Part shown: one piece after another, positions 8,830 through 18,200 of the stretch
How positions within the stretch are numbered: the first letter of the stretch is position 1
Layout: every line of letters begins with the position of its first letter
Assembly: GCA_030832905.1 (NCBI GenBank)
Contig: JAURIG010000002.1
Span: 1-61,196, forward strand
From: Bacteroidota bacterium
Lineage (GTDB): Bacteria; Bacteroidota; Bacteroidia; NS11-12g; UBA955
Direction: 5' to 3'
DNA length: 61,196 bases
Made by a program: the position numbers and the translations under genes
The notes under the pieces: generated by a model
Database searches by the model: none
What the model saw: only the letters and a program-made list of their open reading frames with translations
What the model was told of the DNA's origin: nothing

Positions 8830-9259
8830 TTTTTTTAATCCTGCAAATATAAAGCTTGAAGAGCTGAATGCCTATTGCAAGAATACCATGGTGGAATACC
8901 TCGATATTGAATTTATTGAGTTAGGCCCAGACTTTCTAAAAGCCCAAATGCCGGTTACACCTAAAACGGTTCAACCCTTGCGCATGTTAAATGGGGGCGC
9001 TAGTTTAGCATTGGCAGAATGTGTGGGTTCAATGGCTGCTAATTTGGTCTTTGATCGTCAGCAATGGGTTGCGCTTGGATTAGATCTCAACGGCAACCAT
9101 TTGCGTCCTGTAATGGAAGGCGAAATGGTATATGCTATAGCCAAGCCACATCATATAGGCAACACCACTCAGGTATGGGAAATTAAAATTGAAAATGAAG
9201 CGGGTAAATTGGTGCACATTAGTCGTTTAACCATGGCGGTTGTACCACGCCAAAAATAA
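8819..9259 (+). CDS. hotdog-fold PaaI/YdiI-type thioesterase (MenI-like, 1,4-dihydroxy-2-naphthoyl-CoA hydrolase candidate)
   Basis: LEELNAYCKNTMVEYLDIEF...LNGGASLALAECVGSMAA aligns by eye with E. coli YdiI/YbdB N-termini. ATG 8819 leaves 11 residues before LEELNA, as in those proteins. The alternative start is ATG 8888. Confidence 0.65.
   Translation: MSSIFFNPANIKLEELNAYCKNTMVEYLDIEFIELGPDFLKAQMPVTPKTVQPLRMLNGGASLALAECVGSMAANLVFDRQQWVALGLDLNGNHLRPVMEGEMVYAIAKPHHIGNTTQVWEIKIENEAGKLVHISRLTMAVVPRQK
8844..8851 (-). promoter_or_regulatory. Bacteroidota -7 promoter box (TATATTTG), 14 nt upstream of the phosphatase ATG
   Basis: Exact TAnnTTTG on the minus strand (forward CAAATATA). Confidence 0.35.
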
Positions 9260-9266
9260 TTGACAT

Positions 9267-10220
9267 TTGGAACCAACAGTTGTTTTTTTTAGCCCACCGC
9301 AGTCTAATCAACTTTTTGTTTTTAAAGAGGGTGAAGGTCAAGCTTGTTTTCATTTGAAGGCCTTTAAAAAAGCCTCAGAATTGATCGTTGTACAAGGATC
9401 AATTATGCCTTGTGAACTGTCATATGCTAAAGACTATCTCAACCAGATGGTTCTGCCTCAAACGAAGGCATTTTTCACTTCTAATCACGCAGATTATATA
9501 GACATGGTTAGCAGGGCAGTAGAATCCATACAACAAGGTAGGTTTGATAAAGTGGTTTTATCGGCCAAAAAAAGTGTTGCCACTGCTATAAAGTTAGGAG
9601 ATGCTTTTGAAAACATGCTGCAGTATACTTCAGCATTTGTATACGTTTTTAATTACAAAGGGCAGGTAATGATTGGCGCAAGCCCCGAATTGTTAATGTC
9701 ACTAAAGCAAAATGCATTGAAAACGGTTGCTTTGGGGGCCACCTCTGTTAATGCCCAATTTTCGACTAAAGAAGATTTAGAACATGAGCAAATTACTGCC
9801 TATATCGATGCGCAATTAAAACAAAGCGATTATGTGTTTGAAAAAGCCAAAAGACAGGCTGTTAAAGCAGGTCATTTATACCATTTACAAACGGCTTATA
9901 CGATACAATCTAAAGGGATGAATAGCGACCTATCATTGGCTATGCAATTGCATCCAACCTCTGCAGTCTGTGGGTGGCCATTTGAGCCTGCGCTCACTTT
10001 TATTGACCAAAATGAGTCTTATAATAGACAATGGTATACAGGGTTTTTAGGCTTAAAAACAGACAGCTCATTTGAGTATTATGTGAACTTAAGGTGTGCC
10101 GATGTTTATGAGCATCATATTGAATTGTATGCAGGCGCAGGTATTAACGCTTTTTCAAACCCTGAAGCTGAGTGGAATGAAATACAAAATAAAATGAAAA
10201 CAGTATTAGATTGTTTTTAA
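9267..10220 (+). CDS. menF: isochorismate synthase
   Basis: Chorismate-binding fold with LHPTSAVCGWP and GAGI. It is a short (317 aa) form with a TTG start and lies directly downstream of the MenI-like thioesterase. Confidence 0.7.
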   Translation: MEPTVVFFSPPQSNQLFVFKEGEGQACFHLKAFKKASELIVVQGSIMPCELSYAKDYLNQMVLPQTKAFFTSNHADYIDMVSRAVESIQQGRFDKVVLSAKKSVATAIKLGDAFENMLQYTSAFVYVFNYKGQVMIGASPELLMSLKQNALKTVALGATSVNAQFSTKEDLEHEQITAYIDAQLKQSDYVFEKAKRQAVKAGHLYHLQTAYTIQSKGMNSDLSLAMQLHPTSAVCGWPFEPALTFIDQNESYNRQWYTGFLGLKTDSSFEYYVNLRCADVYEHHIELYAGAGINAFSNPEAEWNEIQNKMKTVLDCF

Positions 10221-10229
10221 AGAGAGTAC

Positions 10230-10237
10230 TAATTTTG
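10230..10237 (+). promoter_or_regulatory. Bacteroidota -7 promoter box (TAATTTTG), 10 nt upstream of GTG 10248
   Basis: Exact TAnnTTTG, followed by CAAGAC as at the imperfect mreB and wecB boxes. Confidence 0.35.
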
Positions 10238-10247
10238 CAAGACCAAC

Positions 10248-10460
10248 GTGTTAAAATTTCTATTTAATATCCTATTGATTTATGCCATATTTAAAGTGGT
10301 GAAGTTTTTGAGTAGCATCAATAAAATGACTCAACACAACTTGAATGAGATCAAAGATATGCGCAGTAAAATGGCAAAAGAACAGCCTCAAACCAAGGCG
10401 CAAAAAAAGCCCCAATCTATGGACCAGGGCGAATATGTTGATTACGAAGAGTTGCCTTAA
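10248..10460 (+). CDS. small membrane protein, DUF4834-like
   Basis: 70 aa with one N-terminal TM helix, a basic/Gln-rich linker and a C-terminal GEYVDYEELP tail, as I recall for DUF4834. GTG start. Confidence 0.4.
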   Translation: MLKFLFNILLIYAIFKVVKFLSSINKMTQHNLNEIKDMRSKMAKEQPQTKAQKKPQSMDQGEYVDYEELP

Positions 10461-11222
10461 TTAAAAAGCATCTGGATCTAATACAATTGGATCTTTCATT
10501 ACCTTACCCAACTCTTTTACAAGGTCTTTAACCATGCGGTCTACAGCTAATAAAATTTGATCTGTGCCTTTGAATCCGCGGTTGTTGTTGGCGTAGTATT
10601 CAATATAGGTTTTGATTTGTTTTTCGCTGCCTTTTTCTACTGTGTTATGAACGAATTTTGAAAATTTGTATTTGTACTTGTCTTCTTTCACTCTGATTTC
10701 AAAATTAAAGGTAACGGTACCTGCAGGCGTATTGGAAAAACTATTGTTTCTAATGTATAAAGGCACAGTAGGTCTTACGATTATTCTGCCGTTTTCGCCA
10801 TCTGGTTTCATGTCTTCAACCAATAATTCTTTGGGAATAATGAGTGGCTTGCCTTTTTGAGCCTTAAAATCTTTAATGTACTTGGTCATTAAATATAATT
10901 TGGCTCTTAAGTATAAAGAGTCAATGGTACCTCCATCATAAATATCGGTAATGTTTGGCGCGAATGGCACAACACCCAAATACGTAATTAAATTGGTAAT
11001 GGTGTCCATCGGCGGGTTAAAACGCACGTATTGTTTGTATGTTGGTGCTGTCAATTCTTGATTTTGAGCACCTTGAGGAATGCTGGTAGTGTATGCAGAG
11101 TCGTTGCTGAAATTGGTGGTGTCGTAATTAGTACTTGCACCATTAGGATCCGGTTCAGTTTGCGCCATTAAACCTAAAGTCACGCAGGCGAAAATTGTCG
11201 TTAAAATGGATTTCTTGTTCAT
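10461..11222 (-). CDS. secreted hypothetical protein, DUF4468-like (TBP-like fold)
   Basis: Signal peptide ...GLMA|QTEP. The segments DSLYLRAKLYLMTKY and FEIRVKEDKYKYKFSKFVH resemble DUF4468 proteins. Confidence 0.45.
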   Translation of the reverse strand: MNKKSILTTIFACVTLGLMAQTEPDPNGASTNYDTTNFSNDSAYTTSIPQGAQNQELTAPTYKQYVRFNPPMDTITNLITYLGVVPFAPNITDIYDGGTIDSLYLRAKLYLMTKYIKDFKAQKGKPLIIPKELLVEDMKPDGENGRIIVRPTVPLYIRNNSFSNTPAGTVTFNFEIRVKEDKYKYKFSKFVHNTVEKGSEKQIKTYIEYYANNNRGFKGTDQILLAVDRMVKDLVKELGKVMKDPIVLDPDAF

Positions 11223-11265
11223 TTATGTGTCTGTATGAATGGGTCTCTTTTTTTTTAAGAATGGG

Positions 11266-11273
11266 CAAATGTA
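11266..11273 (-). promoter_or_regulatory. Bacteroidota -7 promoter box (TACATTTG), 43 nt upstream of ATG 11222
   Basis: Exact TAnnTTTG on the minus strand (forward CAAATGTA). Confidence 0.3.
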
Positions 11274-11316
11274 GTAAAAATGAAAGTATTATTTATATGT
11301 TTTTATTGACATATAC

Positions 11317-11324
11317 TATCTTTG
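11317..11324 (+). promoter_or_regulatory. Bacteroidota -7 promoter box (TATCTTTG), 8 nt upstream of ATG 11333
   Basis: Exact TAnnTTTG on the plus strand. Confidence 0.35.
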
Positions 11325-11332
11325 AGCATTCC

Positions 11333-13204
11333 ATGAAATTAACGCCGATTTACTGTTTGATATTGTTGCTGTCTGCCACTTTTGGACTGTGTTCTTGTTC
11401 TAACCATGAGCTGACCAAACTGCCTAAATTAATTGTCAAGCACCATAGCTATAGCAATCCTGATAGCATTCAGTTAACCCATATGGATTTAGATCTAAGC
11501 GTGTCTTTTGAAAAGAAACAATTAGAAGGAAAAGTAATTGTACATTTTAAAAATCCTTATCAAATACCGTTTCTGATTTTAGATGCCAAACAATTGACCA
11601 TAGAAAAAGTCATGCTTCAGGATTCTATGGAAACCTCTTGGAGCCTTAGCGAAGACAGACCAGTGCTTGGGCAAGCCTTGGTAATAGAATTGCCAAAAAA
11701 TGCTAATTCAGTTGCGGTCTATTATCATACAACTGCAGCATCAGAAGCTTTAATGTGGTTGTCACCAGAACAAACATCTGGCAAAAAGCATCCATTTTTA
11801 TTTACTCAAAGTCAGGCTGTATTAGCCAGAACTTGGGTGCCTTGTATGGATGTCCCCGCTGTGCGATATACGTATTCGGCTAATATTCATTGTGACCCAC
11901 AATACATGGCACTCATGAGTGCTAGCAATCCTCAACAAAAATCAGCTACTGGCCACTATCATTTTGAAATGAATCAACCCATACCAAGTTATTTGATGGC
12001 CTTAGCGGTGGGTGATATTGCCTTTAAATCTTTGGGCCAAAACTGTGGAGTGTATGCTGAAGTCAATGTCTTAGAAAAAGCCTACAATGAGTTTACCGAT
12101 TTGCCAAAGATGATAGATCAAGCATCTGAATTGTATGGGCCATATGCTTGGGGGCGTTATGATGTATTGGTTTTACCGCCAAGTTTTCCATTTGGTGGAA
12201 TGGAAAATCCGCGCTTGACATTTGCAACGCCTACCATTATTGCGGGCGATAAAAGTTTAGTGTCTCTAATTGCACATGAATTAGCACACAGTTGGAGTGG
12301 TAATTTAGTCACTAATTCCAATTGGGATGATTTCTGGTTGAATGAAGGTTTCACAGTGTATTTTGAAGAGCGTATAATGGAAAAGATATACGGAAAATCC
12401 TATTCAGACATGTTAGCCAGTATTAGTTTTGGTGAGTTACAAGCCACCCTTAAGGATTTAATGGCCAATGCCCCAGGCAATACCAAATTAAAACTTAATT
12501 TAAATGGCAGAAACCCAGATGATGCCGTGAGTGATATTGCTTATATCAAAGGCTCTTTGTTTTTGAAATTGTTAGAAGAGCAAGTAGGAAGAGCTAAATG
12601 GGATGCCTTCTTGAACAAATATTTTAATCATTTTAAATGGCAGAGTATAACTACTGAGCAATTCATCGATTACTTAAAAAACAATCTATTAAACGCTCAA
12701 AAAGATACTGTCAATATCAATGAATGGATTTATCAAATAGGCTTGCCAAGTAATTGCCCAAAGGTGCATAGCCAAGAATTCGAACGCGTTGAAAAAACTG
12801 CTTTGTCCATCAACAATGACAGCAGTCTGATTCAAATTGATACCACTGGTTTTACAACCCATCATTGGTTGCATTTGTTCAGACAATTGGATCCCTCTAA
12901 AATCGTTTCAAGAATGCATGTATTTGATTCTCTCTATCATTTTACTCAGAGTGGCAATGCAGAAATACAATGTGATTGGTATTTGTTGTGTATTAAAAAT
13001 GATTATGCAGCGGCTTATCCTGCCATCGAAAACTATTTACTGCATGTAGGTAGAAGAAAATTTTTGAAGCCCTTGTACGAGGCCATGATTCAAACACCTG
13101 ATGGGTTAACAAGAGCGAAAGCAATTTTTGAAAAAGCCTCAGCTGCGTATCATGCGGTATCAAGAAATACCATTCAAGAGATGATTGCTAACGCAAAGCC
13201 TTAG
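11333..13204 (+). CDS. M1 family aminopeptidase (leukotriene A4 hydrolase-like), lipoprotein or secreted
   Basis: GGMENP exopeptidase motif, then HELAHSWSGN...WLNEGFT (HExxH-x18-E). Start taken at ATG 11333 (MKLTPIYCLILLLSATFGLCSC signal). The track start at 11195 runs into the upstream gene. Confidence 0.85.
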   Translation: MKLTPIYCLILLLSATFGLCSCSNHELTKLPKLIVKHHSYSNPDSIQLTHMDLDLSVSFEKKQLEGKVIVHFKNPYQIPFLILDAKQLTIEKVMLQDSMETSWSLSEDRPVLGQALVIELPKNANSVAVYYHTTAASEALMWLSPEQTSGKKHPFLFTQSQAVLARTWVPCMDVPAVRYTYSANIHCDPQYMALMSASNPQQKSATGHYHFEMNQPIPSYLMALAVGDIAFKSLGQNCGVYAEVNVLEKAYNEFTDLPKMIDQASELYGPYAWGRYDVLVLPPSFPFGGMENPRLTFATPTIIAGDKSLVSLIAHELAHSWSGNLVTNSNWDDFWLNEGFTVYFEERIMEKIYGKSYSDMLASISFGELQATLKDLMANAPGNTKLKLNLNGRNPDDAVSDIAYIKGSLFLKLLEEQVGRAKWDAFLNKYFNHFKWQSITTEQFIDYLKNNLLNAQKDTVNINEWIYQIGLPSNCPKVHSQEFERVEKTALSINNDSSLIQIDTTGFTTHHWLHLFRQLDPSKIVSRMHVFDSLYHFTQSGNAEIQCDWYLLCIKNDYAAAYPAIENYLLHVGRRKFLKPLYEAMIQTPDGLTRAKAIFEKASAAYHAVSRNTIQEMIANAKP

Positions 13205-14607
13205 GCTTTCTTGATCAGTAAAGCCACCGACTCAACGTGGTGGGTATGCGGAAACATGTCGACTGTTTTGAGGCATTCTACTTCGTAGTGCTCAGATAAC
13301 AATGCTATGTCTCTGGCTTGAGTAGAGGTGTTGCAACTCACATACACAATTCTATTAGGGCCTAATTCAATTATTTTTTGAACGACTGAGGGGTGCATGC
13401 CATCTCTTGGAGGGTCAGTAATCACAACGTCAGCTTTGCCGTGTTTTTGAATCAAGTCGTCATTGAGCACCAATTTCATGTCGCCCGCATAAAAATGCGT
13501 ATTGTCTATTTGGTTGAGTTGCGCATTGTTTTTAGCATCAATGATAGCGGCTTCAACGTATTCAATGCCAATTACCTGCTTGGCTTGTTTGGCAACAAAT
13601 AAGGCAATTGTTCCTGTGCCGGTATACAAATCATACACCGTTTCATGTTGCTGAATCTTGGCAAAATCTCTTGTGATTTGATATAAAGCCAGTGCTTGTT
13701 TGGTGTTGGTTTGAAAGAATGACTGAGGACGAATGGTAAAAGTTAAGTCTTCAAGTTGTTCTATTAAATGGCCTTGTCCTTTATAGGTTTCAACAGGCAA
13801 ATCACTCCAGGTATCATTGGCTTTGGTATTGATGACATAACACCATTCACTAACCATATTCAGTGTTGGCATTACCGCATCAAATAGTGCTTCAATCAGT
13901 TGCGTTTTGTGTTGAGCAACCACTAAAACCAATAACCATTCGCCTTTGTGATTAGAGCGCAACATGAGGTTTCTTAAAAAACCAGTTTGTTGTCTGATGT
14001 CAAAAAATTCCAGACCCATTTCAATGGCCTTGGCTTTAATGGTTTGTCTGATGGTATTGGCCGCTTCTGGCGCTAATTGACAATGTTCTAAATCAAGTAC
14101 CTTGTCGAACATGCCTGGAATATGAAAACCAAGCGCCGGTATTCTACCCGGATTGTTTTTGTCAAAATTAGCCTCCCAAGCCTTGTTGCTAAAGGTGAAT
14201 TCTAATTTATTGCGGTATTGATAAATGGGGTCACTGCCTAAAATGTCTTGATAGTTTTTGACTTCCACTTTGGCAATTCTCTGCATATCATTTTCAGCTT
14301 GTGCAGCCTTGAATTTTAATTGTTCAGGATATTGCACATGTTGCCATTTACAGCCGCCACAAATGCCAAAATGGACACATTGGGGTATCGTTCTTATGGC
14401 AGACGCCTCATGGATGTGGGTGATCTTTGCCTCTGCGTATGATTTTTTTTGTTTGTCAACTAGAAGATCGACGACATCGCCAGGAGCAGCAAATGGAACA
14501 AATATGACCTTACCATCGTGTTTGGCAATCGCTTTACCTTCTGCGGCAGCGGCATCAATACTTATATTTTGTAAAGAGAAAGGTTTGAAATGGTGGCGTT
14601 TAGACAA
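13201..14607 (-). CDS. rlmD: 23S rRNA (uracil-5-)-methyltransferase RlmD/RumA family
   Basis: TRAM domain, Cys cluster C..CGGCKWQH, SAM motif DLYTGTGT and VYVSCN. I prefer the in-frame TTG at 14607, 4 nt after the upstream stop. ATG 14697 would overlap the upstream gene by 86 nt. Confidence 0.75.
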   Translation of the reverse strand: MSKRHHFKPFSLQNISIDAAAAEGKAIAKHDGKVIFVPFAAPGDVVDLLVDKQKKSYAEAKITHIHEASAIRTIPQCVHFGICGGCKWQHVQYPEQLKFKAAQAENDMQRIAKVEVKNYQDILGSDPIYQYRNKLEFTFSNKAWEANFDKNNPGRIPALGFHIPGMFDKVLDLEHCQLAPEAANTIRQTIKAKAIEMGLEFFDIRQQTGFLRNLMLRSNHKGEWLLVLVVAQHKTQLIEALFDAVMPTLNMVSEWCYVINTKANDTWSDLPVETYKGQGHLIEQLEDLTFTIRPQSFFQTNTKQALALYQITRDFAKIQQHETVYDLYTGTGTIALFVAKQAKQVIGIEYVEAAIIDAKNNAQLNQIDNTHFYAGDMKLVLNDDLIQKHGKADVVITDPPRDGMHPSVVQKIIELGPNRIVYVSCNTSTQARDIALLSEHYEVECLKTVDMFPHTHHVESVALLIKKA

Positions 14608-14611
14608 AATA

Positions 14612-15136
14612 CTATTCTTGAATGTAACGGTTGAGAACAGAATTGAAAATAGTGGTATCAAGGTAACCTGAGTAAGGCGCAATTTGAGTTTGATCACTAA
14701 GGGATTTCCAAACGAAGGTCATAGGGTAACCAGGCATTCTGCCGCCTTTGTTAAGGTAAGTAGCCAATTGATCAGAGCTTAGCGTTTCACCATTAACGGT
14801 ATGGTTGCCTTCTACTTCAGGGTTGAATTTTACGCCAATGCAATATTTATTCATCTTTTTAATGACGTTCTTATTGCCATAGGTTTGTAGGTCCATCACC
14901 TTGCACCAATAACACCAGTCTGTATAAACATCAACAATAAGCACCTTATTTTCTTTGCTAGCTTTACTGTAACCTTCAGTCATAGAATACCATTGAATGC
15001 CTTCTGAGCTTTGTGAAGCTTCTATCGGTTTTTTAACAGGTACTTTTTTTTGGGCAGCTTGATTCATAAAGGCCATAATAGCAAAACTGCAGATGCATAA
15101 GGCGATTAGACTTAGTAATGATGTTTTAAATTTCAT
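14612..15136 (-). CDS. secreted thioredoxin-fold protein
   Basis: WCYWC (CxxC) in DVYTDWCYWCKVMD, with an N-terminal signal or anchor. The first ATG is 15136; the track start at 15157 is the TTG inside the -7 box. Confidence 0.65.
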   Translation of the reverse strand: MKFKTSLLSLIALCICSFAIMAFMNQAAQKKVPVKKPIEASQSSEGIQWYSMTEGYSKASKENKVLIVDVYTDWCYWCKVMDLQTYGNKNVIKKMNKYCIGVKFNPEVEGNHTVNGETLSSDQLATYLNKGGRMPGYPMTFVWKSLSDQTQIAPYSGYLDTTIFNSVLNRYIQE

Positions 15137-15154
15137 GTTGTGATGTAATATGTA

Positions 15155-15162
15155 CAAATATA
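15155..15162 (-). promoter_or_regulatory. Bacteroidota -7 promoter box (TATATTTG), 18 nt upstream of ATG 15136
   Basis: Exact TAnnTTTG on the minus strand (forward CAAATATA). Confidence 0.4.
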
Positions 15163-15235
15163 ATCCAAAATAGTGCCAAAAAAAATACCTTGCTACTGCT
15201 TATTAATCAGGCATACATGGTGTGCTTAAAATGGT

Positions 15236-15243
15236 TATTTTTG
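15236..15243 (+). promoter_or_regulatory. Bacteroidota -7 promoter box (TATTTTTG), 28 nt upstream of ATG 15272
   Basis: Exact TAnnTTTG on the plus strand. Confidence 0.4.
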
Positions 15244-15271
15244 TGTAAGCGAAATTGTTATTTGTTGCCCT

Positions 15272-18200
15272 ATGACCGCCAATCCTTTGCAAAGTAAATT
15301 GAATGAGTTCATTCATAAATACTACCTCAACCGAGGTTTGCGTGGGCTATTGTTGGGTCTGAGTATATTGTTGGCTTATTTTCTTTTAGCCACAGTTATC
15401 GAATACTTTGGCCATTTCAATTCAGGGTTTAGAACGGTGTTATTTTATCTGTTTGTGGCCCTATTGCTTTGGGTTATTTTTAAAGGAGTCATTGATCCAT
15501 ATTTGAGAATTAAGGGCCTATTGAAAGCCATTTCTCAAGAAGATGCAGCTAGAATGATAGGCCAACATTTTCCGGAAATTCAAGACAAACTTTTAAACAC
15601 TTTACAACTTCAAGCCCAAGATCAATCTAACGAGTTGTTATTGGCTAGTATTGATCAAAGGATAAAAGCCTTACAACCCTTTGTATTTGTAAAAGTGATT
15701 GATTTGCCAGCTTCAATTAAGCGCTATGGTAGATTAACCTTATTGCCACTTGTTGCAATCGCTTTACTCTTGGTTTTTCAAAGTCATATTATCACCAAAT
15801 CTACAGAAAGATTATTGGCTCATGATCAGTACTTTGCCAAAGAGGCACCTTATTCATTTGAATTGTTATCATCAGACTTAACAATATTGAAGCATCAAGA
15901 TTTTGAAATCAAGGTTGAGTTAAAAGGGAAGTCTTTGCCCGCACTTTTGTATGTTGTTATTGATGGTCATTTAATTAAAATGGAGCAGTTAGGGCTTGCC
16001 ACATACAGCTATAAATTATTGAATGTAACAGCTCCGCATGACTTTGAATTTTCAGATGGTGAATTCAGTTCAGAACGCTACCATTTACAAGTGATGCCTA
16101 ATCCAACAGTCCAATCATTTGAAGTGGTTTTGGATTACCCATCGTATACCCTTAAAACTGACGAAGCGCTTAAAAACATTGGCGATTTAACCTTGCCTAA
16201 AGGCACTAAAGTAAGCTGGAGAATCAACGCAGTAGACGCAGAAGGTATTAAATGGTTTGGTTTTGGTCCTGCCAAACAATTAAATGTTCAAAACAACCAA
16301 ATTGTTCATACTGAAACTGTTCTTAAATCTACACAGTACACGTGGCTTTTAACCAATGCTCAAAGTCAATCTAAAGACAGTGTCCATTATCAAATTCAAG
16401 TCATTGAAGACCGTCATCCAGGAATAGTTGCGGAGCAAACCCAAGATTCCATCAACCCCTTTTTGTATTATTTTTATGGTAAGGCAGATGACGATTATGG
16501 TTTAAGTAATTTGTATTTCGTTTACCAATCTAAATCGCAACCCATCAAGCAATATTTGCCTGTAAAAATGGGGCATTCAAGCGATGAGATTTTCTATTAT
16601 TTCTTTGATTTCAAAACCTTGAAATCTAAATTAGACACCGATTTAGACAACTATGAATACTATTTTGAAGTGTGGGATAATGATGCTGTGAATGGTAAAA
16701 AATCAAGTAAAAGCAAGGTGTTTACCATGTCGACACCAAGTCAAGAGGAGTTAAGAGCTGATGCAGAAAATGGTCATAAGGCCCTTAAGAAATCAATTCA
16801 AAACACTTTGCAAGAGTTGAAAAATCAACAAAAACAAAGTGCTGAATTGCAGAAAGAACTTTCAGAAAATCAGCAATTGAATTGGCAACAAGAACAAAAA
16901 TTAAAAGCCTTTATTGAACAGCAAAAACAGCTCGAAAAGCAAATTGAGGCAATCAAAAAAGAGCAAAAACAATTGAATGACAAACAAAATCAATTGTCGC
17001 CCCTAGACCAGGAATTGTTAGATAAACAAAAAGCCCTTGAAAAATTAATGAATGAGGTTTTGAGTCCTGAAATGAAGCAGATGCTGAAGAAACTAGAGGA
17101 TTTAATCAAGCAACAAAACAAAGACGCCATTCAACAAGAGTTGAATAAAATGAATCAAGCCAATGAGGACCTCAAAAAACAATTGGATCGGAACCTCGAG
17201 CAATTCAAGCAATTTGAACTTGAAAAGCGCATGAATGAACATGTTGATGCCTTAAAGCAATTGTCTGAACAACAAAAAGCATTGCAGCAAAAAACAGCTG
17301 ATAAAACAGCTGATAAATCGGCATTAGCAGAAGAACAAAAGAAGATCAATGATGCCTTTGAATCACTCAAACTAGAGATTCAAAAAACCATGGAGAAAAA
17401 TCAAAATTTGGAATCGCCATTGCCATTAGATGCCACGCAGAAAGATCAGGAATCCATACAAAACGAGCTTAAAGAAAGCGCTGAGGGCATAGATAAAAAA
17501 CAAAATAAAAAAGCTTCTCAACACCAGCAATCAGCTGCGGATCAGATGGATCAATTGGCTCAAAAAATGAAGAAGAATATTGAGCAATCTAAAGAGCAGC
17601 AAGATGCCGAAGACTATTATACACTAAGACAATTACTTGAGAATTTAATAGAATTGAGTCAAGAGCAAGAAGCCTTGATGGATCAAATAAAAAGTTTAGC
17701 TGGTTACAGTCCTAAATTTGTCGAATTGAGTGCTAAGCAAAGACAACTGAAAGACATTGCAGAATCTGTTGAAGATTCATTGATCACTTTGAGTAAACGA
17801 CAAGTTCAGATTAAGAGTGTTGTTACCAAAGAAATGTCTCAGATCAATTACAATATGGATGAAGCCATAGCACAGTTTGCTAAAGTGCAAATACCTTTAG
17901 GTTTGGCCAAGCAACAGTATGTAATGACGGGCTTTAATAATCTTGCCGTGATGTTAAGTGAGTCACTTAAACGCATGCAAGAAGACATGAAACAAAAGCA
18001 ATCTAAGAGCGATAAGCAATGCCAAAAGCCGGGTCAAAAACCAGGAAAACCAGGCGACAAAGGCAAACCTAAAATGGGTGGCATTAAATCGCTTCAGGAT
18101 CAAATCAATCAGCAGATGCAACAAATGCAGAAAGCTCAGCAACAAGGTCAACAGCCAGGCAGCGAACAATTTGCCAAAATAGCAGCTCAACAAGAAGCTT

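Noticed and set aside
13195-13209. A 15-nt palindrome AAAGCCTTAGGCTTT containing the overlapping stop codons (TTAG) of the convergent M1 peptidase and rlmD genes. I considered it as a bidirectional terminator.
   Set aside because: As RNA it can form at most a ~5-bp stem with a minimal loop, and it lacks U-tracts on both sides. It is more likely a by-product of the overlapping stops.
17292-17315. A perfect 12-bp tandem duplication AAACAGCTGATA x2, encoding (T)ADKTADK in the coiled-coil protein.
   Set aside because: It is an in-frame two-copy slippage duplication within a low-complexity region. It is too short to count as a contingency locus or to carry functional meaning on its own.
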